Source of the DNA: an uncultured Candidatus Saccharibacteria bacterium
Lineage (GTDB): Bacteria; Patescibacteriota; Saccharimonadia; Saccharimonadales; Saccharimonadaceae
DNA length: 64,000 nt
Direction: 5' to 3'
Assembly: GCA_937889535.1 (NCBI GenBank)
Contig: CALBZW010000011.1
Location: 140,513-204,512, forward strand
The notes under the pieces are model-generated. The model ran no database searches. It saw only the letters and a list, made by a program, of their open reading frames with translations, and was not told the DNA's origin. Position numbers and translations under genes: made by a program. Of the stretch, positions 24,391-34,489 are shown in pieces (positions within the stretch are counted from its first letter, which is position 1; each line of letters starts with the position of its first letter).

Positions 24391-26493
24391 ATGAAATATA
24401 AGTATAAAATAAATGGCTTAGATTGTGCGAATTGCGCGCGTGAAGTCGAAGAATTTTTAGTGAAAGATAAACGTTTTAAAAACGTCGTGGTAAATTTTAA
24501 CACGGCGAAGTTATCTTTTGAAGCGAAAGCAGAAATACCGATCAACGAACTGAATAGACTAGTGCAGAGTGTCGAGTCGGAAGCAACTATTAGCGAGATT
24601 GAAGCAATACGATCGAATGCTGCAAAAAACGCTCAATCGTGCGAAACTTGCAACGGCGCCAAGAATAATAAGACAGAAGTTAAAGGTGGTTTACGCGAGC
24701 GGATTTGGTTTTTGATTATTGGGATAGTAGTTGGAGTTTCGGCTTATTTTGCGCCATTGCCAGAGCTAGTGAAAGTTATTTGTTACGTAGTAGGTTATGG
24801 TTTCCTATTGTGGCATACGGCGCTAACTGCCGCGAAAACCTTGATTAAAAGTCATGCATTGAATGAAAACACCTTAATTACAATTTCGTGTATCGGCGCA
24901 CTGGTGATTGGCGAAGTGCTAGAGGGGATGATGGTAATTGCGCTATATACGATTGGCAAGATATTGGAAGCAAAGGCGCTGAATAATTCGCGGCGCTCCA
25001 TTGAAGGTCTGCTCGATATCAAGCAGCCATTTGCGGAGCGAAAAGAAGGGCGGAGACTGGTGCGAATTAACGTGGAGGAAATTGAGCCAGGAGATATTCT
25101 GGTCGTGAAGAAAGGCGAGCGAGCGCCAGTAGACGGAGAAATCTTAAAAGGCGAGACTGAACTGGATCTGTCAGCATTAACTGGTGAGAGCGAAAAAGTT
25201 AAAGTCGGCGTAGGTGAGCGGATATTGTCGGGAGCAATCAACTTAGGGAATGCGATCGAAATGCGAGCGACGACGGATTATGCGGATTCGACGGTAGCGA
25301 AAATTCTAGAGTTACTAGAAGATGCAACGGACCGCAAGGCAAAAACTGAAACCGTAGTAGCAAAAATTAGTAAAGTTTATACGCCAGTGATTTTGGGGTT
25401 GGCAATCCTAGTAAGTATAGTCTTACCGGTAATATTCCAAGTGTCGGTCGTGGAGAGTATTTATCGGGGGCTAACCTTTCTGGTAATTTCCTGCCCGTGC
25501 GCAATCGCGATTTCCGTGCCGCTGTCATACTTCACGGGAATTGGTGCAGGAAGTAAGCATGGGATTTTAATAAAGGGTAGCAACTACTTAGATGCATTGA
25601 GCGATGCGAAAAACATTATCTTTGATAAAACTGGGACATTGACCGATGGTAGCTTCGCAGTGTCGGAAATTAAAATTTCTGATCCAAAGTATTCTAAGGC
25701 AGAAGTTATTGAGATTTTAGCGCAAGGCGAAGCGTTATCGAATCATCCGATTGCGCAGTCGATTTTGAAACTATATGACGATGAGGTTGATACGAGCAAC
25801 GTGCGAGATTTTAAGGAAATCGCGGGTGAAGGAATTTCCTATACGCTGGGAAAAGACAAAATTAGCGTCGGAAATAAACTACTATGCCCGTGTCAAGAAG
25901 ATGCGGTATTACATCTAAACATTAACGGTAAACATGTCGCGTCAATTACGATTAATGACGGAGTGAAGACTAACGCTGAAGAAGCAGTGGCGAAGCTCAC
26001 GAAGCTTGGGCTGACAAGTTATATGTTCACGGGGGATAAGAATTCAGTAGCGCGAGTCGTAGCGAAGAAGCTTGGAATTGATCACGTACAAGCGGAGATG
26101 TTGCCGACAGATAAGTTTCAGGCATACGAAAAAGTTGCGGCAAAAAACGGGATGACGATCTTCGTAGGGGACGGGATTAACGATGCGCCGGTTTTGAAAC
26201 GAGCAGATATCGGGATTGCAATGGGCGGTGTGGGTTCGGAATCGGCGATTGAAGCAGCGGACATCGTTATTATGAATGACGATTTATTGAAAATTCCACA
26301 AGTGATGGAGGTTTCGCATTACACGAAACGGATAATTTATCAGAATTTAATCTTCGCAATTGGCGTAAAAATCATAATACTTGCGTTAAGTGTGTTTGGA
26401 CTGGCGAATATGTGGTGGGCGGTGTTCGCGGATACGGGAGTAACTCTACTTGCGATTTTGAATACGTTGAGAATTATGTATAGGTTTCAGTAA
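24391..26493 (+). CDS. heavy-metal (Cd/Zn/Co-type) P1B-type ATPase
   Basis: N-terminal HMA GLDCANCA, plus CPC, DKTGTLT and GDGINDAP motifs. ATG 24391 is preferred over TTG 24382. Confidence 0.9.
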   Translation: MKYKYKINGLDCANCAREVEEFLVKDKRFKNVVVNFNTAKLSFEAKAEIPINELNRLVQSVESEATISEIEAIRSNAAKNAQSCETCNGAKNNKTEVKGGLRERIWFLIIGIVVGVSAYFAPLPELVKVICYVVGYGFLLWHTALTAAKTLIKSHALNENTLITISCIGALVIGEVLEGMMVIALYTIGKILEAKALNNSRRSIEGLLDIKQPFAERKEGRRLVRINVEEIEPGDILVVKKGERAPVDGEILKGETELDLSALTGESEKVKVGVGERILSGAINLGNAIEMRATTDYADSTVAKILELLEDATDRKAKTETVVAKISKVYTPVILGLAILVSIVLPVIFQVSVVESIYRGLTFLVISCPCAIAISVPLSYFTGIGAGSKHGILIKGSNYLDALSDAKNIIFDKTGTLTDGSFAVSEIKISDPKYSKAEVIEILAQGEALSNHPIAQSILKLYDDEVDTSNVRDFKEIAGEGISYTLGKDKISVGNKLLCPCQEDAVLHLNINGKHVASITINDGVKTNAEEAVAKLTKLGLTSYMFTGDKNSVARVVAKKLGIDHVQAEMLPTDKFQAYEKVAAKNGMTIFVGDGINDAPVLKRADIGIAMGGVGSESAIEAADIVIMNDDLLKIPQVMEVSHYTKRIIYQNLIFAIGVKIIILALSVFGLANMWWAVFADTGVTLLAILNTLRIMYRFQ

Positions 26494-26496
26494 AAT

Positions 26497-26527
26497 AAAT
26501 CCCCCGATAGTATCGGGGGATTTATTG
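26497..26527. terminator. bidirectional intrinsic terminator
   Basis: AAATCCCCCGAT...ATCGGGGGATTT. Confidence 0.8.
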
Positions 26528-26535
26528 CGTGCCGT

Positions 26536-26826
26536 TTAGCGTGCGCAGAAACCGCCCGCATTATCTTCAAACCATTTTTCAAATTCATCAAGGTAAGCGT
26601 CGACGCCGATGCTCTTAGCATAAGATTTTTGGCTATCGAGATCATAACTTAGCCCACTTGCGGCGTAACCGGTGATTTCATTTTCATTATACATAATCGT
26701 GATATCACCGCGAGACGATTCGCATTTCATCTTTTTGGATGTGAGTGAAACTATGCCGATAATTATGGCAGCGAGAGCAAAAATGCCAAGCACGACGGCG
26801 CCGATAATCATTAAAACTTTTTTCAT
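26536..26826 (-). CDS. small membrane-anchored protein, unknown function
   Basis: N-terminal TM segment; AAGGAGGTAAT SD. Confidence 0.65.
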   Translation of the reverse strand: MKKVLMIIGAVVLGIFALAAIIIGIVSLTSKKMKCESSRGDITIMYNENEITGYAASGLSYDLDSQKSYAKSIGVDAYLDEFEKWFEDNAGGFCAR

Positions 26827-26865
26827 ATTACCTCCTTGGGTGTTATGCGCATTTCGTATGGCGAC

Positions 26866-26978
26866 ATAAAAAATGCGACTATTTACTAAGTCGCTAAACT
26901 CTACAATTACTCATATAAGAAATTGCGTAAATAGCCGCATTAACGCTTATATGAGTAATAATGATGTAGAGTTTAGCT
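26866..26978 (-). ncRNA. structured 5' leader or sRNA: 85-nt imperfect hairpin plus intrinsic terminator upstream of 26826
   Basis: TGCTATAAT (26985-26993, minus) leads into arms 26893-26919 / 26946-26977, then GCGACT-N8-AGTCGC + AUUUUUU (26866-26894), then the SD and ATG. Confidence 0.4.
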
Positions 26979-27166
26979 GATTTGATTATAGCATATTTTC
27001 GCAATACTTGCCTATGTTAAAATGAGAGGGTGGATATTTAGGTCCATGGGACCGGATGATGGCGATTGAGGTCAGGCTCCAGCTATCAAATGCTCTCTTT
27101 TGAAGATCGTGAAATTCCCCTCTCTATGAGTCAAAAGGTGAAACTGGGAGGTTAGAGGAAGTATTT

Positions 27167-27451
27167 TTGGTTATGGCCAACTCTACTTTGAGGAATTTCT
27201 GTACCAACATTGCCTGCGCTTTTCTGGCTTTTGTCCGTAGCAATGCGGTAAATGTTAACGATGGTAAGATATGGAACTTGGGTCAGAACGGGAACTACTG
27301 GTCGCGTACGGCTAGTTCGTCTACCGCTGGCCGCAACTTATGGTTCAATCCTACGGATGTCAATCCGTCAAATAGCAACAATCGTTGGAACGGTTTCTCC
27401 CTCCGCTGGGGGTGGCCGCGGTGCGGTGCCGATCTTCTAGGATTTGTGTAA
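27167..27451 (+). CDS. truncated FISUMP/DUF1566-like domain ORF (second copy); possibly a remnant
   Basis: FLAFVRSN...NGNYWSRT...NGFSLRW. Shares the 15-mer GGCTTTTGTCCGTAG with 22303..22656. Confidence 0.35.
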   Translation: MVMANSTLRNFCTNIACAFLAFVRSNAVNVNDGKIWNLGQNGNYWSRTASSSTAGRNLWFNPTDVNPSNSNNRWNGFSLRWGWPRCGADLLGFV

Positions 27452-27502
27452 AGATGGAATCTTAGCATTCGAAGCTCGGAGCAGGAAAACGGATTTTCTA
27501 CG

Positions 27503-27536
27503 AAAAAGACTCTAGCTTAGGCTAGAGTCTTTTTAT
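27503..27536. terminator. bidirectional intrinsic terminator
   Basis: AAAAAGACTCTAGC-ttag-GCTAGAGTCTTTTT. Confidence 0.8.
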
Positions 27537-27623
27537 TGGTCCCCGGAGCAGGACTTGAACCTGTACCTGATTGCTCAGACTAGCACCTGAAGCTAGCGCG
27601 TCTACCAATTCCGCCATCCGGGG
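27537..27623 (-). tRNA. tRNA-Leu (anticodon CAG), CCA encoded
   Basis: Hand-folded. Acceptor CCCCGGA/TCCGGGG, loop TTCAGGT, long variable arm. Confidence 0.9.
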
Positions 27624-27683
27624 ATATGCTATATATTATAGCACGGAATGCCTCCATTCGCTAGAGACATTCCGTATACACCC

Positions 27684-29585
27684 CTAGTGCAACTTGACCG
27701 CAGCCGGGAGTTTTGAATCTTTGAGAATCGGCTCTAATTCCTTTTCTTCGAGAGTTTCATGTTTTAGCAAGGCTTCGGCGAGTTTATCGAGCACTGGTTT
27801 ATTGGCCTTCAAAACAGCCTCAGCGCGCGCGGCGGCTTCATCAGACAAAACCTTTATTTCCTGGTCAATTAGTTCGGCAGTTTTCTCGGAATATGGCTTC
27901 GCTGTGGCAATCGTGTAATATCCAGTGTTGCCCTCAGGGAAGACGAGATTGCGAGTCTGCTTCCCCATCCCCTCCTCGACAATCATTTCTTTGCTGAGCT
28001 CGGCGACATGCTGTAGGTCGGAGGCGGCGCCGGTCGTAACGGCATCTTCGCCGAAGATAAGCTTTTCAGCAATCCGACCACCCATGGCGCGAGCGAGAAT
28101 ATCCTTAAGCTCGTAAATACTCTTGTAACTGCGGTCTTCAGGCGGGAGGAACCAAGTCACACCGCCAGTACGTCCACGCGGAATAATTGTCACTTTATGC
28201 ACAGGGTCAGAATCCGGCAAGACATGACCAACAATCGCGTGACCGGCTTCATGGTAAGCAGTCAACTTACGCTCATGGTCGTTCATGACTTTGCTCTTGC
28301 GTTCTGGACCGATAGCGACGCGTTCAAAGGCCTCAGTCAAATCGTCATTTGTAATTTCTTTATGACCCTCACGAGCAGCAGTAATGGCAGCCTCGTTCGC
28401 GATATTGGCTAGGTCAGCGCCAGAGCTACCGGCGGTCTTGGCGGCAAGCGCGTCGAGATTAACGGATTTTTCGGTCGGCTTGTTCTTGAAATGTACATTA
28501 AGAATCTCAAGACGGTCTTTGCGTTCTGGCAAGGTCACATTGACGTGACGGTCGAAACGACCAGGGCGGAGCAAGGCCTTGTCCAACATGTCGACGCGGT
28601 TGGTTGCAGCGATCACAATGACACCAGAATCGTTATCAAAGCCGTCCATCTCGACAAGAATCTGGTTCAGGGTTTGTTCGTCTTCGCGACCAGCACCGCC
28701 GCGAGCGTCGCGCTTATGAGCGACGGCGTCAATTTCGTCAATGAAGATAATGCTCGGAGCGTTTTTCTTGGCTTTGGCGAACAAATCGCGGACACGAGAA
28801 GCACCGACACCGACAAACATTTCAGCAAACTCGGAACCGGAAATGCTAAAGAATGGGACCGAAGCTTCGCCAGCAACGGCGCGCGCCATGAGGGTCTTAC
28901 CGGTACCCGGCTCACCAGCAAGCAGGACACCGCGCGGGATTTTCGCGCCAAGTTTTTCGTACTTCTTCGGCTCTTTGAGGAAATCAACGACCTCGGCGAG
29001 ATCTTGCTTCGCAGATTCGTTACCAGCGACATCAGAGAAAAGAACTTTTTTCTTATCTGGACCATAGAGTTTGGCCTTAGCCTTGCCGAAGCCCATGGAC
29101 TGATTGTTCATAGACTGCGCTTGGCGCATCATGGAATTAAAGAAGAGGATGACAATAATAATCGGAATTGCAATAATCGCAATGTCGAGAGCGTAGTCCC
29201 AGAAATTCGAGGCTTCTACGTACTCGAGTGTCGGGTATTTTTCTTGACAAGTAGTTAGCTCGTCGCCAGCCAAGCCTTCGCAGTGATTGATTAATCCCTG
29301 TTCATAGAGAGTGCCAGACGTATCCTTGCGCGAAGTCTGAGTATAGTAGTCGTCACCTTTAAGTGTAATTTTAAGGTTGCTACCCTCGACGGTAATTTTC
29401 GCAATATCACCATCTTCGTCGTTCGCCCGAGCAATTACATCAGAAAGTGGAACTTCCTCAATCGCGCTACCCGGAGCGAGAAGTGAGGTCATCATGGCAC
29501 AAAAACAGAGCAACAAGAGGGTAAAAATCACCCACCGCAGCATATTATTGCTTTTGTTTGGTTTTTTCTGAGCAGTTTGTGGCAC
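27684..29585 (-). CDS. ftsH: ATP-dependent zinc metalloprotease FtsH
   Basis: [13 protein letters not shown] and AAA SRH motifs. GTG start behind AGGAGG. Confidence 0.95.
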   Translation of the reverse strand: MPQTAQKKPNKSNNMLRWVIFTLLLLCFCAMMTSLLAPGSAIEEVPLSDVIARANDEDGDIAKITVEGSNLKITLKGDDYYTQTSRKDTSGTLYEQGLINHCEGLAGDELTTCQEKYPTLEYVEASNFWDYALDIAIIAIPIIIVILFFNSMMRQAQSMNNQSMGFGKAKAKLYGPDKKKVLFSDVAGNESAKQDLAEVVDFLKEPKKYEKLGAKIPRGVLLAGEPGTGKTLMARAVAGEASVPFFSISGSEFAEMFVGVGASRVRDLFAKAKKNAPSIIFIDEIDAVAHKRDARGGAGREDEQTLNQILVEMDGFDNDSGVIVIAATNRVDMLDKALLRPGRFDRHVNVTLPERKDRLEILNVHFKNKPTEKSVNLDALAAKTAGSSGADLANIANEAAITAAREGHKEITNDDLTEAFERVAIGPERKSKVMNDHERKLTAYHEAGHAIVGHVLPDSDPVHKVTIIPRGRTGGVTWFLPPEDRSYKSIYELKDILARAMGGRIAEKLIFGEDAVTTGAASDLQHVAELSKEMIVEEGMGKQTRNLVFPEGNTGYYTIATAKPYSEKTAELIDQEIKVLSDEAAARAEAVLKANKPVLDKLAEALLKHETLEEKELEPILKDSKLPAAVKLH

Positions 29586-29741
29586 GATACCTCCTATTAT
29601 TTCGCTATAAAAATCAATTCAAAACCCAATACCGCTAGGCGGTTTCCCTGTATCTATAGTAACACTCGGGGGCGGGGAGGGCAAGGGAGATATTGTTCGC
29701 GAGGCGAGTTTCTGGTATGCTAGGGGGGAATTGGAGGAAAA

Positions 29742-30434
29742 ATGTTTAGCGAAATTGAAAAAGAATATCGGAAAAGCGTACAGGAGAGAAGATACTGGGC
29801 TTACTATATAAAATGGGCGGTGCCGATTACCGGCATAGCGCTGATATTTAGCATCTTATTTCACCGCCTTTATTGGGTGATTTATAGTATCATGATTGTG
29901 TTTTTGCTGAGTTTGGTGATTATTTTTATTGTGCGTGAAATTAGAACTTCTGATGAAATAGCGCGAGTAGTACGAAGAAAGAAAGGCATAATCGCGAAAC
30001 TGCAAAGCTATTTTGAAACGGATGACGCCATGCGCGTGAATAATCTAGTGGCGAATTTGGTGAAACATGATATACGTACGAAGGAGGATTTGAAGCTTGC
30101 GATCGAGTATTATGAATCGAGGCTACCGATGAATACGAAGCCAAATCTGATGGATTGGATTTTGACGACGATTGTAACAGTGGCGTCAGTAGCGCTCGTG
30201 GCTTATGATGAGGCGACAAGCACGATAGACGTGCAGAAATTTTTGAATGTTTTTATCTCAGCGTTGATTGTGGCGGCGATATGTATTACGCCGATATTGG
30301 TGTTTAAAATCGTACGCTATGCATTATCACGGTTCCGGAATCGCGTGGATACGATTTTGGTAGAGGATTTGGCGGAGATTTATGTTAATTTTGAAGGGTA
30401 TGAGGAGAGGCTCGAGAAGGCTAAAGAGGGATAG
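29742..30434 (+). CDS. membrane protein, unknown function
   Basis: 230-aa ORF with about 4 TM segments and a GGAGG SD. Confidence 0.6.
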   Translation: MFSEIEKEYRKSVQERRYWAYYIKWAVPITGIALIFSILFHRLYWVIYSIMIVFLLSLVIIFIVREIRTSDEIARVVRRKKGIIAKLQSYFETDDAMRVNNLVANLVKHDIRTKEDLKLAIEYYESRLPMNTKPNLMDWILTTIVTVASVALVAYDEATSTIDVQKFLNVFISALIVAAICITPILVFKIVRYALSRFRNRVDTILVEDLAEIYVNFEGYEERLEKAKEG

Positions 30435-30860
30435 TCTGTTCAAACCCAACATTTCCTGCGAACACCTCATTATGCGTGGCGGCAAGAGTAGCGCCACGAT
30501 AATTCTGGAGGGCGAGCTCGATATTTTCGCGAGCACGGATGTCGAGATGGTTGGTAATTTCATCGAGAATGACGAGGTCGAGCGGGCTCAAGATGAGCTG
30601 CAAAATGGCAAGTTTAGTAAGTTGGCCACGCGATAGCTCCCCGACGGGACGGCTCATATCGCTAGGCGAGAAATCCATTGTGACGGCAGCGCGGTAGATC
30701 TCAGTAGGGTGAAGCTCGGGATCATCTGGAATAAAGTGCTTTTGCCGGCGCCGTTATCACCAATAATGGCAATAATTTCTGGTGCAGAAAAACTAAGATT
30801 TAGATTCTGAAAAATGATTTGATCGTGATAAGAAAAGCTGAGATGAGAAATTTGTAACAC
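30421..30860 (-). pseudogene. degraded ABC transporter ATP-binding gene (frameshift plus internal deletion)
   Basis: Walker A GDNGAGKST is in the frame of 30654..30860. Signature LSRGQ, Walker B LVILDE and the H-loop are in another frame (30421..30678). Walker A to signature spacing is far too short. Confidence 0.65.
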
Positions 30861-30955
30861 AAAAATACCTCGTTAGATTTTAATAGAAATTGAGATATTT
30901 TTAGATTCGCATGGGGATATTATAACATAATCTGATATAATTTATAAGAAGTGAT

Positions 30956-33448
30956 ATGAAAATTTTACAAAAGCTGATTGCTAGACATAAGAAAAAGGTC
31001 AACGCACGCGAAGCACTATGCAGTGGCTACATTGCCGATATCGAAGCAGCGCTGGATGCCACTAAAGATCTTTTTGCCGATTCGGACGAGTTTATTGAGC
31101 CTGATATCGCCAAGCGACAACGAGCCAATGTTGAGGGCTTGCTAGCTAAGATACAGACAAAAGATATTCAAAAAATAAGACGAGCCACCGATTTCAAGAA
31201 GCTAGAACTAAAACGTGAGAATTTAAAACAGGTCATCAAAAACTTACAAAATGACGTAGATCAACATAATTCTCTAGTCGCAAGGAACCGGATTCATAAG
31301 GCGCGGGACTTAATCGGGAACGTGGAAGGCAGAAGCCTAGATGACCAGCAGATGTCTTGCGTTGTGCATGAATCCCATAATCAACTTATTATTGCCGGAG
31401 CAGGCACTGGCAAAACTACCACTATTATCGGTAGAATCAAATACTTATTGAAAACAGAGCGGTGTAATCCAGATGAGATTCTAGTATTATCTTTCACTAA
31501 TGCTTCGGCCACGGAAATGCATGATAGAATTCGACAAGAAACCCAATGTAAAATTGATGCCTCAACTTTTCATAAGCTTGGATTAGAGATTATCGCCAAG
31601 GCTAATGATGTAAAACCAAAAATCACAAAAATAGAGCTGCATGCCTTTGTGCGGGACGAAATCACAACGCAAATGAAGGATGATATCTATTTACGAAAGT
31701 TAAGTGATTATTTAATTTATAGCAGAGTGCCAGCAAAATCAGAATTTGAATTTAAGACTTACGAGGAATATGTAGAATATCTTAAGTTAAATCCTCCTAC
31801 CACGTTAAACGGTGAAGTTGTAAAAAGCTATGGGGAGATGAAAATTGCAAACTTTTTACTGCAAAATGGAATTAAATACGTTTACGAGGCCGAGTATAAG
31901 TTCGATACACGGGATCCGGAATATAGTCAGTACTACCCTGACTTCTATCTACCAGAATATGACTTATATATAGAATATTTTGCGGTAAATAAGAAGGGCG
32001 CTGTACCGAATTATTTCCGCGCCAACCATGGTATGTCGGCAACGGAAGCCTACCAAGCATCCATGCGGTGGAAGCGCGAGCTCCACAGGAAAAATCATAC
32101 AACCATGATTGAAAGTTTTGCCCATGAAAAGTTTGATGACGCGTTGCTTGAGAATTTAAAGCTGAGACTAGAGGAGCACAATGTGCCTCTAAACCCTAAA
32201 ACATCGCAAGAACTATGGCAGCAAATTTTGGCTACGGACAAGAATACGGTAAATGGAATGATCGATTTATTTGTTACTGTGATCAATTTAGCTAAAAGTA
32301 ATAATTATACAATAGCGCAAGTGCGGAAGTTAAATAAAACTGACGCACGCTCCAGTAAAATTAATTCGCTATTGCTAGATTTAGTTGAGCCGATACTTGA
32401 TGCCTATAATAATTCCCTTGAAGAACGAAACGAGATAGATTTTAATGACATGATTAATCTTGCAACGAAATATGTTCAGCGACGAATGTATCTTCACCCA
32501 TATAAATATGTGATAGTTGACGAGTATCAAGATATTTCAATGGGGCGTTTCAAGTTGCTGAAAGCGATGCGAGAGTCTAAAGATTACCAACTCTTTTGCG
32601 TAGGTGATGATTGGCAGAGTATTTATCGCTTCGCCGGGAGTGATGTTGGTTTTATTTTAAATTTTGAGAAATACTGGGGCGCAGCAGCGATTAATAAGAT
32701 CGAGACGACATACCGTTTTTCGCAAAGTCTTATCCAGGTGAGTAGTAATTTTGTCATGAAAAATCCAGCCCAAGTATCGAAAAATATAATAGGTAAAGCG
32801 GACGAGAGTAATTTTGCGCTGGAAGAAATAAATGGATATACCGATAACTACGCAATTGAGTTTATGGTGCAAAAATTATTTGATCTACCCATAGAGAGCA
32901 CGGTATTTTTTATCGGTCGGTATTCATTTGATGTAAACCTGCTAGATAATAATCCTTCGTTAAAATGCAGCTATGATAATATAGAAAAAATGACAAAAGT
33001 AGAATGCATTAACCGCTCTGATTTGAAAATGTATTTCGTGACAGCACACAAGGCAAAGGGTCTGCAGGCTGATTATGTTTTTATTATTAACAACAAAAAC
33101 GCACGGATGGGTTTTCCGAGCAAAATTCAAGATGCGCCAATTCTAGACCTACTTTTGGAAAAATGCGATACTTATCCTTATGCCGAGGAACGTCGTTTGT
33201 ACTATGTTGCGCTTACTAGAGCAAAGAAAAAAGCGTTTATTGTCACCGTTAAGGACCGGGAGTCGATATTCGCCCTGGAGCTACGTGAATGCTACAGGAG
33301 GGAGATGGCACACGAACGTTTCACTTGCCCAAAATGCGGTGGACGCCTAGTGCGTAGGCAGGGACCATACGGGGAATTCTTTGGATGTTCAAATTATGCA
33401 AAGACTCAGTGTGGGTATGTAAGAAAAATCGGTAAAAGCCAAAAATAG
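30956..33448 (+). CDS. UvrD/Rep-family SF1 helicase with embedded PD-(D/E)XK-like nuclease module and C-terminal topoisomerase-type zinc finger
   Basis: AGAGTGKTTT, VIVDEYQD and YYVALTRAKK helicase motifs. YPDFYLPEYDLYIEYF nuclease-like insert. CPKCGG...FFGCSNY...C finger. Confidence 0.8.
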   Translation: MKILQKLIARHKKKVNAREALCSGYIADIEAALDATKDLFADSDEFIEPDIAKRQRANVEGLLAKIQTKDIQKIRRATDFKKLELKRENLKQVIKNLQNDVDQHNSLVARNRIHKARDLIGNVEGRSLDDQQMSCVVHESHNQLIIAGAGTGKTTTIIGRIKYLLKTERCNPDEILVLSFTNASATEMHDRIRQETQCKIDASTFHKLGLEIIAKANDVKPKITKIELHAFVRDEITTQMKDDIYLRKLSDYLIYSRVPAKSEFEFKTYEEYVEYLKLNPPTTLNGEVVKSYGEMKIANFLLQNGIKYVYEAEYKFDTRDPEYSQYYPDFYLPEYDLYIEYFAVNKKGAVPNYFRANHGMSATEAYQASMRWKRELHRKNHTTMIESFAHEKFDDALLENLKLRLEEHNVPLNPKTSQELWQQILATDKNTVNGMIDLFVTVINLAKSNNYTIAQVRKLNKTDARSSKINSLLLDLVEPILDAYNNSLEERNEIDFNDMINLATKYVQRRMYLHPYKYVIVDEYQDISMGRFKLLKAMRESKDYQLFCVGDDWQSIYRFAGSDVGFILNFEKYWGAAAINKIETTYRFSQSLIQVSSNFVMKNPAQVSKNIIGKADESNFALEEINGYTDNYAIEFMVQKLFDLPIESTVFFIGRYSFDVNLLDNNPSLKCSYDNIEKMTKVECINRSDLKMYFVTAHKAKGLQADYVFIINNKNARMGFPSKIQDAPILDLLLEKCDTYPYAEERRLYYVALTRAKKKAFIVTVKDRESIFALELRECYRREMAHERFTCPKCGGRLVRRQGPYGEFFGCSNYAKTQCGYVRKIGKSQK

Positions 33449-33483
33449 CCTTTTAATTCTGGGAGCGGTGTTATAATAAACAT

Positions 33484-33645
33484 ATGCACGCAGGGAAGAT
33501 TTTGCTGATTTGGATAATGACGGCGGTGATTATGGTCGTGGGGTTGATTGCGAGCGGGCTAGTGAAGGTGGATATTGATATTGAGGTGGAAAATCCGAAA
33601 AAAGATAAATCTAAGAAACAAGATGACGAAGTCGGCGAAAAATAG
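33484..33645 (+). CDS. small membrane protein, 53 aa (single TM + acidic/basic tail)
   Basis: MHAGKILLIWIMTAVIMVVGLIASGL... ATG lies 6 nt after TGTTATAAT (33469-33477). Below the track cutoff. Confidence 0.45.
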   Translation: MHAGKILLIWIMTAVIMVVGLIASGLVKVDIDIEVENPKKDKSKKQDDEVGEK

Positions 33646-33733
33646 CACCAGTTGAATGGCCACGTATATACGCTATTCGTGTGATTTTGTGTTATATTAT
33701 AAACATAATAACTAATCATCGGAAAGGGTGAGC

Positions 33734-33946
33734 ATGGGGCTATTTGGCTCAAAGAAACAACTCAAAAAAGATATCGCAAAAGTCGGCAAAGATTTGAAGA
33801 AAGATCTAAAAGCTGACGTCAAAAAAGGCAAAAAGGAAGCTGCGAAGCTAAAGAAAGATGCTTCAAAGAAAGTTTCAAAACTGAAGGCTGATGCGAAAAA
33901 AGAAACTACAAAGGTAAAACGCAAAGTCGCTGCAAAGAAAAAATAA
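33734..33946 (+). CDS. lysine-rich, histone-H1-like small protein
   Basis: K-rich repeats. GGAAAGGGTGAG SD before ATG 33734 (the track start GTG 33728 is less likely). Confidence 0.55.
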   Translation: MGLFGSKKQLKKDIAKVGKDLKKDLKADVKKGKKEAAKLKKDASKKVSKLKADAKKETTKVKRKVAAKKK

Positions 33947-33961
33947 GTAGCTACCGACGAG

Positions 33962-33990
33962 GCTCGCAGGGTAACTTGCGAGCTTTTTGT
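33962..33990 (+). terminator. intrinsic terminator
   Basis: GCTCGCA-N8-TGCGAGC + TTTTT. Confidence 0.7.
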
Positions 33991-34022
33991 ATTATAATAG
34001 TAAAAATAACGGAGTGAGGTAG

Positions 34023-34442
34023 ATGCAAATTGCAGATTTTCAGGTGGGGCAAAATTACACGAATCGAGAAATCGTAGAAGCATTCAAATGTGGAAACATG
34101 GGCGGAATGCGGCGTTCAAAACAGACGAATACGTTAGTACTAATTGCAAAATATGAGCAATGTTACCGAAGTCACGACTGGGACGAGAAAAACGGAATCT
34201 TGAATTATATGGGGATGGGTAAAACAGGAGATCAACGACTTGATTATGCGCAGAACAAAACTTTAGCTGAGTCGAAGCAGAGCGGAATCGGGGTTTATTT
34301 GTTTGAATGTTTCGAGCCGGGGGTTTATCGTTATGCCGGCGAAGTAGAGCTGGCTGGTGAGCCATTTATGGAAGTAGAAGCAGACAAGACCGGTGAAATG
34401 CGGGAGGTGATAAAGTTCCCGCTGCGAAGAAAGATTAAGTAA
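34023..34442 (+). CDS. stand-alone SRA/YDG-like (modified-DNA reader) domain protein
   Basis: Pattern GGMRRS...LVLI...GILNYMGMGKTGDQRL..QNKTLAES...GVYLFE...YRYAGEV resembles SRA/SAD domains of modification-dependent nucleases. No nuclease domain is present. Confidence 0.4.
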   Translation: MQIADFQVGQNYTNREIVEAFKCGNMGGMRRSKQTNTLVLIAKYEQCYRSHDWDEKNGILNYMGMGKTGDQRLDYAQNKTLAESKQSGIGVYLFECFEPGVYRYAGEVELAGEPFMEVEADKTGEMREVIKFPLRRKIK

Positions 34443-34489
34443 ATTAATCATAGAGTATAATTATATACATAACTTACGAAAGGTTAATC

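Noticed and set aside
22303-27451. The two FISUMP-like ORFs as a DGR variable-repeat/template-repeat pair.
   Set aside because: By eye the two sequences are only about 55-60% identical. Their mismatches are not confined to adenines of one copy. No reverse transcriptase gene is present in the window. I kept only a hypothesis for genome-wide checking.
33471-34083. Minus-strand track ORFs 33471..33752 and 33712..34083.
   Set aside because: They are antisense shadows of the plus-strand small TM ORF and the lysine-rich gene. The AAA/AAG-rich sequence gives Phe/Leu-rich reverse frames.
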